Shown here: piece by piece, positions 29,112 to 45,392 of the stretch
Layout: every line of letters begins with the position of its first letter
Position numbering within the stretch: the stretch's first letter is position 1
Source: Eledone cirrhosa
Taxonomy: Eukaryota
Assembly (NCBI GenBank): GCA_964016885.1
Contig: OZ024758.1
Coordinates: forward strand, 21,142,001-21,206,000
DNA length: 64,000 nt
Direction of reading: 5' to 3'
Notes under the pieces: generated by a model
What the model was told of the DNA's origin: nothing
Seen by the model: the letters and a program-made list of their open reading frames with translations, nothing else
The model's database searches: none
Translations under genes and position numbers: made by a program

Positions 29112-29495
29112 TGGGCGGTGAATTGGCAGTATCAGTAGAGGGTTGGACGCCATGCTTTCTAGCATAGTTACGTCCCTTTACGGTTTGAGTTCAAATCCCG
29201 TCGAGGTTAACTTTGCCTTTCATCCTTACGGGGTCGATAAAATAAAGTACCTGTAATGTACTGGGTAATTGCTGGCCTTGTGCCAAAACTAGAAACAATT
29301 AAATGTATATAATTGTGGATTGGCAGTATCAGTAGAGTGTCGGACGCCATGCTTTCCAGCATAGTTACGTCCCTTTACGATCTGAGTTCAAATCCCGCGC
29401 AGGTTGACTTTGCCTTTCATCCTTACGTGGTCAATAAAATAAAGTACCAGTAATGCACAGGGTAATTGCTGGCTTTGTGCCTAAAGTATAATCAA
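29112..29495 (+). mobile_element. SINE dimer with a triplicated target sequence
   Basis: Two copies; ttaaatgtatataatt at ~29095, ~29299 and ~29496. Confidence 0.9.
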
Positions 29496-30840
29496 TTAAA
29501 TGTATATAATTTATTTCACATTGTTATCTCAACCAATCTTTCCAGTATACACTGAATATTTCAATTTATTTTCAACGTGTAAAAATGTTTTTATCTTAAG
29601 AAGTACGAGAACTGAATATTTACGTATTTAACCAAACCATTATTAACACACGCTAAAATCAAACATCATGAATAGAATTTCATAGTTCTCTACATGTTGA
29701 TATAACTGAAGTCGACTTATCTATTTAATATGTTTTCTACAACACCACAGCTAATACCCAATTAGGTGTCAACGATAAATAATGTCTGCACTATATTATC
29801 ACTAAAACGCATGAATAATGAGATTAATATCACAGTTTAAAATCATCTTCCCAAAGGCATTAACCACGTCGTGTTGATGTATGAAATCACGAATCTAAAT
29901 ATCTACCAACATGTAGTGTATTATATTATCAATTATCGTCATTTTGGTGTACTTTACGCCGATTGGTTTGGAACAGATAGCAATGGAAATTCTATAAAAC
30001 TGAAGGCATGTATTCCTTACATGTATATCTGCTGAGATAAAATATATTGAAATAAATGGAAACCGTACATAGATAAAGTACAATATAAATGTTCTCCCTG
30101 GGTGGGAATTTATATAACTTTGAAGGCTCTGTATATTACGTAAAGGAGACCACAAATTACGCACGAGAGATTCATATTATATGAGATTACTTCAAATATT
30201 CTCTCTCATCTTTGCAACCAATAATATGAAATTGTTTTGCTTTTGATGTATTCACTCTATTTATTGTAAGTCACCACTATACATTTCGATTTCTAGAAAT
30301 TATATTGCATATTTTATGGCAGATTTAATGATAGAAACTTCGAATAAAATTCTCACCGATCAGTTTGAACTTCTCATTTTCGTCCCCAAATATACTTTAA
30401 TCAAATGCAATCATGTGAGATCTGAAATCTGTTAAATGCGAAATGAGAATGTAAATACATATATAGCTTTTACATCATTAGGACAGACTATATTCTCAAT
30501 ATTTTAAATATGAGAATATATAAATGCTGATGCAATGAAAATATATGACAATAGGTTTAAAATATAGATATGAGCATTAATGTATATGTATGTACATGTA
30601 TATATGTACAACGTTTTGACACATTTGAAGTTGATGTGAATAATTTGATAAAGACTAACTACATTTTTTTCTTCAGATCTAATGTATACTTTGAAACATC
30701 TCACATTAGAAATCATATATAATTGCAAAGAATATGTGTCTACATCTTTTGAAAATGATGTTCAAAATAGAAATTATTTCAGGAATTCTGTTGTTCACTG
30801 ACCCGCTTCTCGTCAATGAATTACCGTCTGTCTTAGACAC

Positions 30841-32682
30841 CGAGAGTGGAAGACATGCACATGATACTTCGATACAATGAATTACCCGAGAGTGGAAGAC
30901 ATGCACATGATACTTCGATACAATGAATTACCCGAGAGTGGAAGACATGCATATGGTACTTCGATACAATGAATTACCCGAGAGTGGAAGACATGCATAT
31001 GGTACTTCGATACAATGAATTACCCGAGAGTGGAAGAGATGCACATGGTACTTCGATACAATGAATTACCCGAGAGTGGAAGAGATGCACATGGTACTTC
31101 GATACAATGAATTACCCGAGAGTGGAAGACATGGTACTTCGATACAATGAATTACCCGAGAGTGGAAGACATGCACATGGTACTTCGATACAATGAATTA
31201 CCCGAGAGTGGAAGACATGGTACTTCGATACAATGAATTACCCGAGAGTGGAAGACATGCACATGGTACTTCGATACAATGAATTACCCGAGAGTGGAAG
31301 ACATGCATATGGTACTTCGATACAATGAATTACCCGAGAGTGGAAGACATGCACATGATACTTCGATACAATGAATTACCCGAGAGTGGAAGACATGCAC
31401 ATGGTACTTCGATACAATGAATTACCCGAGAGTGGAAGACGTGCACATGATACTTCGATACAATGAATTACCCGAGAGTGGAAGACATGCACATGATACT
31501 CCGATACAATGAATTACCCGAGAGTGGAAGACATGCACATGGTACTTCGATACAATGAATTACCCGTGAGTGGAAGACATGCACATGGTACTTCGATACA
31601 ATGAATTACCCGAGAGTGGAAGACATGCACATGGTACTTCGATACAATGAATTACCCGAGAGTGGAAGACATGCACATGGTACTTCGATACAATGAATTA
31701 CCCGAGAGTGGAAGACATGCACATGATACCTCGATACAATGAATTACCCGAGAGTGGAAGACATGCACATGGTACTTCGATACAATGAATTACCCGAGAG
31801 TGGAAGACATGCACATGATACTTCGATACAATGAATTACCCGAGAGTGGAAGACATGCACATGGTACTTCGATACAATGAATTACCCGAGAGTGGAAGAC
31901 ATGGTACTTCGATACAATGAATTACCCGAGAGTGGAAGACATGCACATGATACTTCGATACAATGAATTACCCGAGAGTGGAAGACATGCACATGGTACT
32001 TCGATACAATGAATTACCCGAGAGTGGAAGACATGCACATGATACTCCGATACAATGAATTACCCGAGAGTGGAAGACATGCACATGATACTCCGATACA
32101 ATGAATTACCCGAGAGTGGAAGACATGCACATGGTACTTCGATACAATGAATTACCCGAGAGTGGAAGACATGCACATGGTACTTCGATACAATGAATTA
32201 CCCGAGAGTGGAAGACATGCACATGGTACTTCGATACAATGAATTACCCGAGAGTGGAAGACATGGTACTTCGATACAATGAATTACCCGAGAGTGGAAG
32301 ACATGCACATGATACCTCGATACAATGAATTACCCGAGAGTGGAAGACATGCACATGGTACTTCGATACAATGAATTACCCGAGAGTGGAAGACATGCAC
32401 ATGGTACGTCGATACAATGAATTACCCGAGAATGGAAGACATGCACATGGTACGTCGATACAATGAATTACCCGAGAATGGAAGACATGCACATGGTACG
32501 TCGATACAATGAATTACCCGAGAATGGAAGACATGGTACGTCGATACAATGAATTACCCGAGAGTGGAAGACATGCACATGATACTTCGATACAATGAAT
32601 TACCCGAGAGTGGAAGACATGCACATGGTACTTCGATACAATGAATTACCCGAGTGTGGAAGACATGCACGTGATACTTCGA
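30841..32682. repeat. 46-bp minisatellite, about 40 highly homogeneous units
   Basis: Unit cgagagtggaagacatgcacatg(g/a)tacttcgatacaatgaattacc; recurrent 40-bp variant lacking cacatg. Confidence 0.97.
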
Positions 32683-32959
32683 AATGCTCGGACTACACTT
32701 CTTCTATGTCCTCAAAGAGAGCTATGTTTACCTCTTCACGTGCCACTGGACATTGTTGTTAAATGATGGGATGATTGTCTATGACCAGGGCAATGATAAC
32801 GGTCCTGATATGATTACAAATTACAAGGAATAAGCTTCAAATTTTGAAGATAAAAAGAGGTCTTGCTGCACGCAACCTTCATCAGATTCAATTTCGTATT
32901 AGTGGCTTTCAAGGTTCTGTGTCCCATTGGTCAACAAAATGCTGCGATCCACCACCATA

Positions 32960-32990
<31 letters not shown>

Positions 32991-33175
32991 ATGTGTGTGT
33001 GTGTGCGTGTGTATGTGTGTGTGTGTATGTGTGTGTGTGTGTATATATATGTGTGTATATATGTGTGTATATATATGTGTGTATATATATGTATATATAT
33101 ATATGTATATGTATATATATGTATATATATGTATATATATGTATATATATGTATATATATGTATATATATGTATA

Positions 33176-33229
<54 letters not shown>

Positions 33230-33388
33230 TATATACACACACACACATATATATTTGATATATATTTATCACTATCGAGCCCTCTTTGGAATTTAGCCTT
33301 CAAATTTATTATTCTTACTATATATATATATATATATATATTAGGAAGGTATATATATATATATGTGTGTGGAGGGGGGGGGGGGGGG

Positions 33389-33564
33389 CTCCCACAGGAG
33401 CACTGAGTGCAATGTCAACTCTGGATGTCGGTGAGCATGTCCAGCTAACCTCAGTCTCCTCTGTGTCACTTTTGAACTGACCTTTGGGATGCTCCCATAC
33501 AGCTCTGATTTTTTCATCCTCAGTGTATACTGATTAATGTTCAGCATTCTCGTGTAGCACCCAC
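33389..33564 (-). mobile_element. Inverted duplicate of the adjacent RTE-like fragment
   Basis: Encodes [51 protein letters not shown], the same region as the plus-strand copy. Confidence 0.85.
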
Positions 33565-33578
33565 GAAACTCACTCAGA

Positions 33579-33941
33579 TGGTGGATGGGTGCTACAGGAG
33601 AATGATGAGGGTGGCTCTGAACATTAATCAGTATACACTGAGGATGAAAAACTCAGAGCTGTATGGGAGCCTCCCAAAAGTCAGCTCAAACGTGACACAG
33701 AGGAGACTGAGGTTAGCTGGACATGATCACCGACATCCAGAGTTGACATTGCACACATTGCTCCTGTGGGAGACCCTATATGGACACACTGGAAGAGGAA
33801 GACCAAGGTTAACGTATGTTGATGCCCTAAGGACAGCCACTGGTCTGTTGGAGACGCAGGACATGGCAGCGATAATGAGGTACAGAGACCACTGGAGAGA
33901 ACTCGTCCATGGATATTGGGAATTTTGCCCGCCCTAGAAAA

Positions 33942-33943
<2 letters not shown>
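33579..33943 (+). mobile_element. RTE-like LINE 3' fragment
   Basis: DGCY.RM..ALNI..ELYGSLPKVS..RRLRLAGH..LLLWE..GRGRPRLTYVD..R.HWRELV, typical non-LTR ORF C-terminus; followed by (TA)n. Confidence 0.8.
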
Positions 33944-33977
<34 letters not shown>

Positions 33978-34213
33978 CGGAGGAGTTGTGGCAAGGAAAC
34001 AGATGGACCATAACGCACCAGAGTGATCAATACTTAGGGTAGTAGAGTCGGTAATAGGAGAGAGTATGACCCCGACGACAGAGCTCAAGCCGTTTCGACA
34101 GCTGTTATACAGATATAATTTCACCGAGATACTTATTTTGGCATTGTCGAAACCTAGCGAAACGCAATATTGTAGTTATGGCAAGCGTTCCATGGACCAA
34201 AAAGAGACCAGAC

Positions 34214-34249
<36 letters not shown>

Positions 34250-34633
34250 TTTTCACTTCAAAAACCTTGTTTGTAAATAACATTATTCTTTCTTCCCCAT
34301 TTCCTTAACATGTTCAACAGCCCCAACACTTTATACCAATACAAATTCCCCATTTGATAATGCATAACATGCTGAAACCGGTAATAGACAATTATTAAAT
34401 ATATAAATAAATAAATGCCATTGTTAATTAATAAATAAATTAACAAATACCTTAACACTTCACACAAAGTAAAATATTTTGTTTTAAACACTTTCTAACC
34501 CCCAAAAAAGAGAAAAAAATAAAAGGAAAAAAATATATCTTTCTTCCTAATAATCGTCTTTTTCTCCCTATTTTCATATATACATATATTCCAACTCGCG
34601 TGCTCCTTCTCCACATGTTATTATTATTATTAC

Positions 34634-34667
<34 letters not shown>

Positions 34668-34686
34668 GTGTGTATATATATATATA

Positions 34687-34759
<73 letters not shown>

Positions 34760-35146
34760 GTATGTGTATGTGTGTGCATTCATATGTTTTTGTGCGTGTA
34801 TGTGCGTGAGTGTGTGTCTGACTGTCTCTGTGTCTGTGTATGTGTGTAGTAGATACGAAACATCGGATCTACAACTCTCGAGAACCGCTGTAACTTCGAC
34901 ATCAAACACAACCTATTTGTCCGATATAATATATATTATTTATATGTGACCATCTATTAATAACCCACACATACTCGACTGTTACAGTTTTATTCCATAG
35001 TTTCATTATCTCTACGGAAGTGAAAGAGTCTTAGAGATGTTTATAATTTTCTACACCTTTGATGTTTCCGTTTTTCTCAGCGGGGACACATTTTTCTTCT
35101 TTGATTATGATTCATCCCTCAATCCCAAATGTATATTATATCCCCC

Positions 35147-35177
<31 letters not shown>

Positions 35178-35335
35178 CTTTCTCTCTATCTCTCTCTCTC
35201 TCTCTGTCACTCTCTTTCTCTCTTGAACCTATCTCTCTCTGTCTCTCTTCTCCCTCTCTTCCTATTCGCTCTATCTTTCTCTGTCTCTCTCCTCTGTTTC
35301 TTCGCTCTATCTTTATATATATATATGGATATATT

Positions 35336-35390
35336 ACTGGTATATATATTTCGGTGACAGCCATCTTTGTCTGTGACCTCTTCAGGCAGT
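35336..35390 (-). ncRNA. Type-I HHR (family D) with AUAUAUAU helix III
   Basis: Minus strand: actgc-CTGAAGA-ggtcacag-10nt-ctgtcacc-GAAA-tatata-TA-ccagt; part of repeat 35335-35500, which matches 45039-45195. Confidence 0.7.
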
Positions 35391-35531
35391 CCGAATTAGT
35401 GTCGTAGAGATGAGTACACATGTTGTTAAGGTGTTTAACTTTGCCAATACTCTGATATGTACAGTTCCTGGTTGGGTTGTTATTTCACTGAGGAAATTTT
35501 AAACATTTGACTTATATATTTTATTTTATTT

Positions 35532-35562
<31 letters not shown>

Positions 35563-36812
35563 ATATGTTGATTTACGACAGAAAAATCTTGATGAATATG
35601 TTCTTATCGAGGGTGATATTTTCTCAATGTTTTTTGCCTTTCCTTTTTTTTTTCTTCTTTATTTATTTTCTTATTAGTGTCAAATATACTTATGTGATTA
35701 AGAATACGAGACGAACAGAAGAAATATGTATTGGTAACTGGTAGATGATGAGTGAGGTAAAAATTAGTGAAATACCTTAGAAATGAATGACCGAAACTAG
35801 AGAATAATATGTATAATAAATGAATTTTTTTTTTCAAACATGTTTCAACGGATTTGAACTTTTGCCAAATATAAAGAGGATAAAGAAAATATTTCTGCTG
35901 ACAGATCATTCATGAAAGAAGATGTAACAAAGTTCATATACTATTACAAATAAATTACCAAAGAAATCGTTTCATCTTAATTAATGGATAGATAGCAAAA
36001 TGTTTAAATCAATGAAGGATATGACATAATGTGTATCAGACTACTAAACAGCTTCGACGACAGATTCTATGGTTAATCAATTGAGCTAAAAAATGAATAG
36101 GAAAAAAATATAATGTGTGGATCACTCAGAATATATCGTTTTTTTCAATCCCGTTAGATGGATGTGTAATTACTGAAATGCATTACCTGTGTTTTTGATC
36201 TAGACTCATTAGATTAAAGAAATCATGCGACATTTGTAATAGCAGAGTTGAAATAAAAGATGTTTCAGTTACACTATATTAATAGTATGTTTTGTTCAAA
36301 GTAGACGGATGAGCAGAATATATTAATGAGAGAGAGGTGGTGGGTATGTATTTCTCCTTCTATACGTGTTAATTATTTATGTTGTCAAGAGTAGATAATG
36401 CATATATTTGTATGTTCAAGTGAAAAAGTGAGGTTGAGAAACCATTTCTTTCTAATATATATTTGTAAGAAAACGAATGGATTTTAGAAATTCAACACGT
36501 TTTCTTTCATTCTACACTCGTTTCGGTTATGAGGAGAATCAATTGATAGTGGGAATTAAGTAGTTACATTACATCATCACTTCATCGCGTCTTGTGACAT
36601 CAAACTAGGTATTTGGTTATCTATAATTATGCTCAAATATCCTTATTTACACACAGTATGGTGAATTATAGTTATTTGTAATTTTGAGCAATATAATCTT
36701 CATAAAATTAGAATTTGATTTCTCAACCTAGCACAGTTGATACATATATGTAAGTATGCCCACGTACACACACACACACACACATATATATGTATATATA
36801 TATATATTTATA

Positions 36813-36881
<69 letters not shown>

Positions 36882-36898
36882 ATATATTTATATATATG

Positions 36899-36929
<31 letters not shown>

Positions 36930-36930
36930 G

Positions 36931-37024
<94 letters not shown>

Positions 37025-37284
37025 ATATATGTATATATATATATAAATATATACACATATACATATGTATATGTGTATATATATACATATACTGTATATA
37101 TACATATATATATATATGTGTGTGCGTGTGTGTGTGTACGTGTGCATACATTTGTTTTCATAAGTAACTGAATGGGTATATAAGTATGTGATTTAATGCT
37201 GATACCGTTTATTGCTAGACAAAGGTAGGAAGTCCGAAATATTGGTAAAATAATGGTTTTATATTTAGACACAATGTCAACAAT

Positions 37285-37440
37285 TACTCTTTTGCGGGGG
37301 AGGGGTTAGTCGATTAGATCGACCCCAGTGAAAGTCAAAGCTAACCTCATCGGAATTTGAACTCTGAATGTAAAAAAACTGTAACTACAAGTTATAAACT
37401 ATATTTTCTGATGCTTTACCGATGCTGACAATCCATCACC
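37285..37440 (-). mobile_element. Diverged SINE (another remnant at ~37975-38070)
   Basis: gaccccagtgaaagtcaaagctaacctcatcggaatttgaactc. Confidence 0.65.
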
Positions 37441-38414
37441 CTGAGATATTTGTAAAATAATGAAAAGTGATAACACATTTCATTTTTTTTTTATATCGAA
37501 ATCATGAAAAAAAAAACATCTCCCATTCTATTGTTTGGTATTTTGATATATTGGTGGTTCTTATATCAGCGGCATTTATTGATTGCTAGAAAATATATAT
37601 GAAAGGAAGCATATTAAAGCAGAAATGTTCGCTTTCAATCATTTCCATTGCGGATATGTGTTAGATTATTTAAACTGTAGACATTCTTCAATTTATCAAT
37701 TCATATAGGATATCATTCTATATTATGTCCTACAAATCTACAGAGTTATATGAACTGTATACATAAATCGATTTTTTTTTATATATTAATGGAAGATACA
37801 GATATAGTATTCATCATTTTATTTATATATAAATGTTGATGGGGATTGTGATTTAAGAGGTTGACAGATTTGGTTTGGAAACCGCAAAACATTAGTAATT
37901 CTATAATATTCTTTCTGTTAAATAATGAAAACTGGATGGTTTCACCGAAACATTTGTAAAATATTAACAACTTATTTTGTGGAGGGAAAATTCGATTAAA
38001 TCGACATCTGTGCGTTAATGGTGCTATATTTTATCGACGCCGTAATGGCGAAAAGCAAGGCTACACTTGCTAGGAAGCAAAACATCAAGTATTTGTTTTC
38101 AAGAGGGCTACATCGGACATACCAAATAACTTTAAGATAGAAATTGTGAACTAAGTCTGAAGAATACAATACTTGAAGTAATCTAGTTGATGCAACAATA
38201 TATATCTTATTATATTGCACTTCTATTACATACATACATATTGATGCCGTACACATTGCATCATTGTATGTGGGGCATGTATTACGTGAAATTCACATTT
38301 AGTTATTTTTACATGCAGGAAATCATGAGTGTATTTATGTATGAATGAAACTCTCTTACTCACCCTTTCTCTCCCTCTTTCTCACTTTCTCACTCTCTCT
38401 CTCTCTTTCACTCT

Positions 38415-38462
<48 letters not shown>

Positions 38463-38819
38463 GCACGCACGCACGCACGCACGCACATATGTGTGCCTGT
38501 GTTTATATATATGCATATATGTGTTTATACGTGTGTGTGAACAAAATAGTGAGTGTGTTTGTGAATTTGTCCATGCTTATGTGTGTATCAAACAAACACG
38601 CAAACACACTTGCCCACACACGCACGCACATGAACGCACACACATGTATTTATATATATGTATATATATATATAAACTACACACATATATATATAGATAC
38701 ATATATACGTATAGGCATACATACATACATACATACATATATGCATATGTGAGTGTCAAAATGTATATGTATATATGTGTGAACGTACCTTTAAGGGCTT
38801 GTGCGTTTGTACAATCTCA

Positions 38820-38872
<53 letters not shown>

Positions 38873-39083
38873 TATATATATATAAAATGCTGCGTCCATT
38901 AACCAGTACCACAGACATTGTACAACTTATAGATCTCAGCACCTGGCCCCAAGGTGAATACGTTTCTAATTAAAAACGAGAAATGTGTTTGAACACCCTA
39001 TTAAGAAAAGAAAAACGAAAAGAAAATGCCACAAGTTCAATCTATATACACCGAAGCCAATCTACTAATATTATATATACATG

Positions 39084-39201
<118 letters not shown>

Positions 39202-39229
39202 AAAGAAGACAATTAAATAACACAGCTAT

Positions 39230-41337
<2,108 letters not shown>

Positions 41338-41909
41338 TGGAGACGAAAATAATGAAATAAGAAATCTGGTGGTATAAATGAAGGAAACTAAAATTCAATC
41401 AATCTAAAACGAGTAAATAATGTAAAAACAAGACGCTAAATTATCCGTGTGATATAGCGTACTTAGTATTTTGCCTTTAGTTAGGATTGTTTGACGGCAA
41501 ATAGTAAATATGTGCTTTTACCATGACATATATTTATTAGTGTTGTTTAATTCGATTTGTATCTCATTCCTGCTGTGTTTGCCGTGAAGAACAGGTGTTG
41601 TCCGTATTCTGATTGGTACTATGAAAATAGGAATTACATATGTACTCATGTACAGGCGCCGTGGTCTTGGTAAAAACACAACTGGGCATATATTTTGTTA
41701 CTAGAATTTAACAAAAATATACAAACAAGCAAATGTTCTTATATATTCGTCAGATCCACACAGCCAGACGCACACACTCACATATATACACCCTGCACTT
41801 ACAGAGAAAACAATGCACACATATACATACACATAAACACGCATGTGCACACACTCATACCCATATATATATATATATATATATATGTGTGTATATATAT
41901 ATATATATT

Positions 41910-42085
41910 CGTTTCTTATATAGGCACAAGACCAGTGGTTTTGGGGGAGGGGAAAGTCGATTAAATCGACCCCAATGCGTGACTGGTACTTTATTTTATC
42001 GACCCATGAGTTTGAAAGACAAAGTTAACCTCGGCGGGATTTGAACTCAGATCATAAAGGGACATAACTCTTTGCTGCAAAGCAT
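41910..42085 (-). mobile_element. SINE, 5'-truncated
   Basis: Reverse complement of SINE consensus. Confidence 0.8.
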
Positions 42086-42122
42086 ATAAATATATATATA
42101 TATATATGCTCATGACTCATTT

Positions 42123-42171
<49 letters not shown>

Positions 42172-42272
42172 ATACTTGGGGAGGGTCATATTTGTGTAAT
42201 ATTGCCAGAATTAATATATATATGTATTAAAATATAAGTATTAATAATCATTGAATATTGTTTAACAATTTA

Positions 42273-42315
<43 letters not shown>

Positions 42316-44351
42316 ATGGCCTGTTTGTCCTCACATGATGCCTAACTATTTCCTCTGAACTTTTACAAATCTTAGCGATTGAGGAAAACTTTAACATAAA
42401 TTTCTCTCATAACTGCAAAGTATTCAGTCTAGGCTCTTTTTTATAACAATATTTTAAAACCAAAACGAGCAATACATTCTTATTAATAAACAAATATAAT
42501 CATATTTAGTGCAATCTTTGTTAGATGACATTTTGGTGTGTTGAAGTAATGACCATTTTGAAGAAATTCCATTTTCTAGTCAATGATTTGATATATTATT
42601 TCAAGTAGTATATTTTGGTATATAAGTTGGTAGAAACTTTTTTTCAGTCAGTTAGTTGCCGATGTAAAATATTTTGCGAGATTTTATTTTTAAACTCTAA
42701 TTTTTCTCTCAAGATTTTGGTCACGTGTTCTGCAATCCTATATATGCAAGAGATAGCATTGTAACATAATCTGATTGCAGCAATGTGAAATACAACATAC
42801 GTTTATATCTACTTTCCAAAATCCATATTTTTCATATTTTTGATTTTTGTTTTATAGAACTATTTTGTGGTTTTTCCTTTTGTCATTTTAACACGAATTT
42901 ACGAAGTGACTGCTCTTAATGCATTTTGAAATGCACCCTGAAATAATAAATCAATAAATATACTCCAGCCACTAGTACGATAATAGACGTCAGGGTTGTA
43001 GACCTCAAATGAGATATACTTGAAATCAATAAAAGTGACTTCATTTTCAAGTCCTACCATACATCAATTTTCACTTTACATAATAGCCGAAGATTGCATT
43101 GAATTTCGTATTAACACATAGATTCTAGACACCAAGGATTCTCTACATTCACTGATTTCTTATGTATAACTTGTATTAGTGCGTTAACATATTGGTTATT
43201 TTCTACTGTTTCTTAAGCGTTGTCACAGAAATGTGAATGTTATTGATCACTGAACTCATACAATTTATTCTTTAGCACATGTACTAGAAGCGTAGTGCGT
43301 GACTGACCTGAATCTTTTTGCCTGTCCCTTCAGAATTAAGTATGATAAACACCCTTTATAAAATATGATATTTCTTTATAATGCTTAACAACGATTATCC
43401 CATATATATAAAAATAGGTGCAGTCATTAGTTATGATAAACCTGTATGATATATATCTGAAAATGCTCAAAATTGCAACTTGAAAATGTTATTCGGACCA
43501 GATAATATATTTCGCAGTTGAGAGTTTCAGTTGAGAGAATGCGGTGTTGTGTTTTGTGCATGCTATCCGGGGATGTTTAGTGCGTTGTGAGTATTTGCAT
43601 GTGTATATGTGGGGGGGGGGAGTGCATCTATCACGGACATTTTTCACATTCAAGTTGTAAAAATTAGAAGTTGTAAAAATTAAAAGTTGTAAAAATTAGA
43701 AAAAAGAAAATCCCAGGCTAATATATATTTAAATGAGCAAGAATGGCAAGAACGAAATTAACAGAGGGACATGAACCAAGCAAAATATTAACTCCTTAAA
43801 AAATAATTCTAGATACGCGATGAGAGTTGTGAGAGTGAAAATAATGGAAGAAAGTACAAAGAAAAAAAACGAAAAGCATAAATGGGACACTTTAGAAAAA
43901 ACAAACGATGCAACGAATAATATTAAAAGATTCTTTAGCTGTAGAAATTCTATCTAGCTGATTCCTTTTTTAAAATTAATGTTACGTTAGTAGAACTAAT
44001 GGTGATTTTTAATTAGATCTACATTATCTGAAAACTGTGGGAGAGCCTGTTTACTGATCCACGTTTTTTGTATACATACATTTAGATTAGTCTAATGGCT
44101 TTTAACTTGGGATGTAAAGTACTAGAGTTTAGATTGTTGAAATTACAAAATAGTATTGATGGGTATAATGCAAACCAATATATGTCTCGAGTCATTTAGT
44201 ATGATTTCTTCTCACTCAATTAACGAAGTATCATTTTCTTCCTTAAGTTCGATAAACTAAATAATTCTTCTCGAAACACTTTTTCGTTATATATTTTGTC
44301 TCTCTTTCTATCTCTCTCCCTCATACACACACACACCCATACACACACAAA

Positions 44352-44443
<92 letters not shown>

Positions 44444-44499
44444 TATTGATATATTGATATTTTTGAGGAGGGTCATATTGTTATAATATTGCCAGAAGT

Positions 44500-44770
44500 A
44501 TAATTGATTCTACTATTGGCACTAGGCCAGCAATAACCCAGTACATTACTCGTACTTTATTTTATCGACCCCGTAGTAAGGATGAAAGGCAAAGTTGACA
44601 TCGGCGGGATTTGAACTCAGATCGTAAAGGGTTGTAATTATGCTGCAAAGCATGTCTGACCCTCTACCGACACTGCCAATTCACCACCATTGCCAGAAAT
44701 AATAATTGTTTCTACCTTTGATACAAGGCCAGCAATTATACCAGTGTATTACTGGTACGTTATTTTATTG
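44500..44770 (-). mobile_element. SINE plus partial second copy
   Basis: Consensus match; attgccagaa on both sides of the first copy (~44488, ~44689). Confidence 0.85.
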
Positions 44771-45039
44771 GCAAATAATAATAAAATATATTCGCTGTTT
44801 GGTTTGGATTGGCTTTCGATTCTGAAACTTTCATATCTGCATAGTTAATTTCTCTGACAATCAATGTATGTATATATATATATATAACATTTTGGTATAT
44901 GTTGGTTGTTTACCGACACCTCAGTATGCAGATTGAAGCACTCGAAGATGTACGCAATTTGGTTTGGTTACTCCGGAGTAATCTACAATAAAATAATTAA
45001 GTCAAATATTTAAAATGTGGCTTCGTTTATTAAAAATGT

Positions 45040-45094
45040 ACTGTTATATATATTTCGGTGACAGCCATCATTGGTTGTGACCTATTCAAGCAGT
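45040..45094 (-). ncRNA. Mutated family D HHR
   Basis: Minus strand: actgc-TTGAATA-ggtcaca..tgtcacc-GAAA-tatata-TA-acagt. Confidence 0.5.
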
Positions 45095-45328
45095 CCAAAT
45101 TGGTGTGGTAGAGACAGGTACACATATTGTTGAAATGTTTTACTCCATCAATACTCCGATATGTCCAGCTCCTGGTTGGTTTATTATTTTTCTAAAAAAC
45201 TGGAATCATATGAATTCGAACAAACGAATTTCGGCGTCATAGGACACGCTCTCCTCCCATTGGTCAGTTGTGAGAACATTTCTCAGTCAAAAGTCTACAG
45301 AAATTTTTCTGAGGCAGGACAATTATTT

Positions 45329-45389
<61 letters not shown>

Positions 45390-45392
<3 letters not shown>

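Noticed and set aside
30841-32682. CRISPR-like regular array
   Set aside because: Units are contiguous with no unique spacers, no cas genes, eukaryotic context; it is a minisatellite
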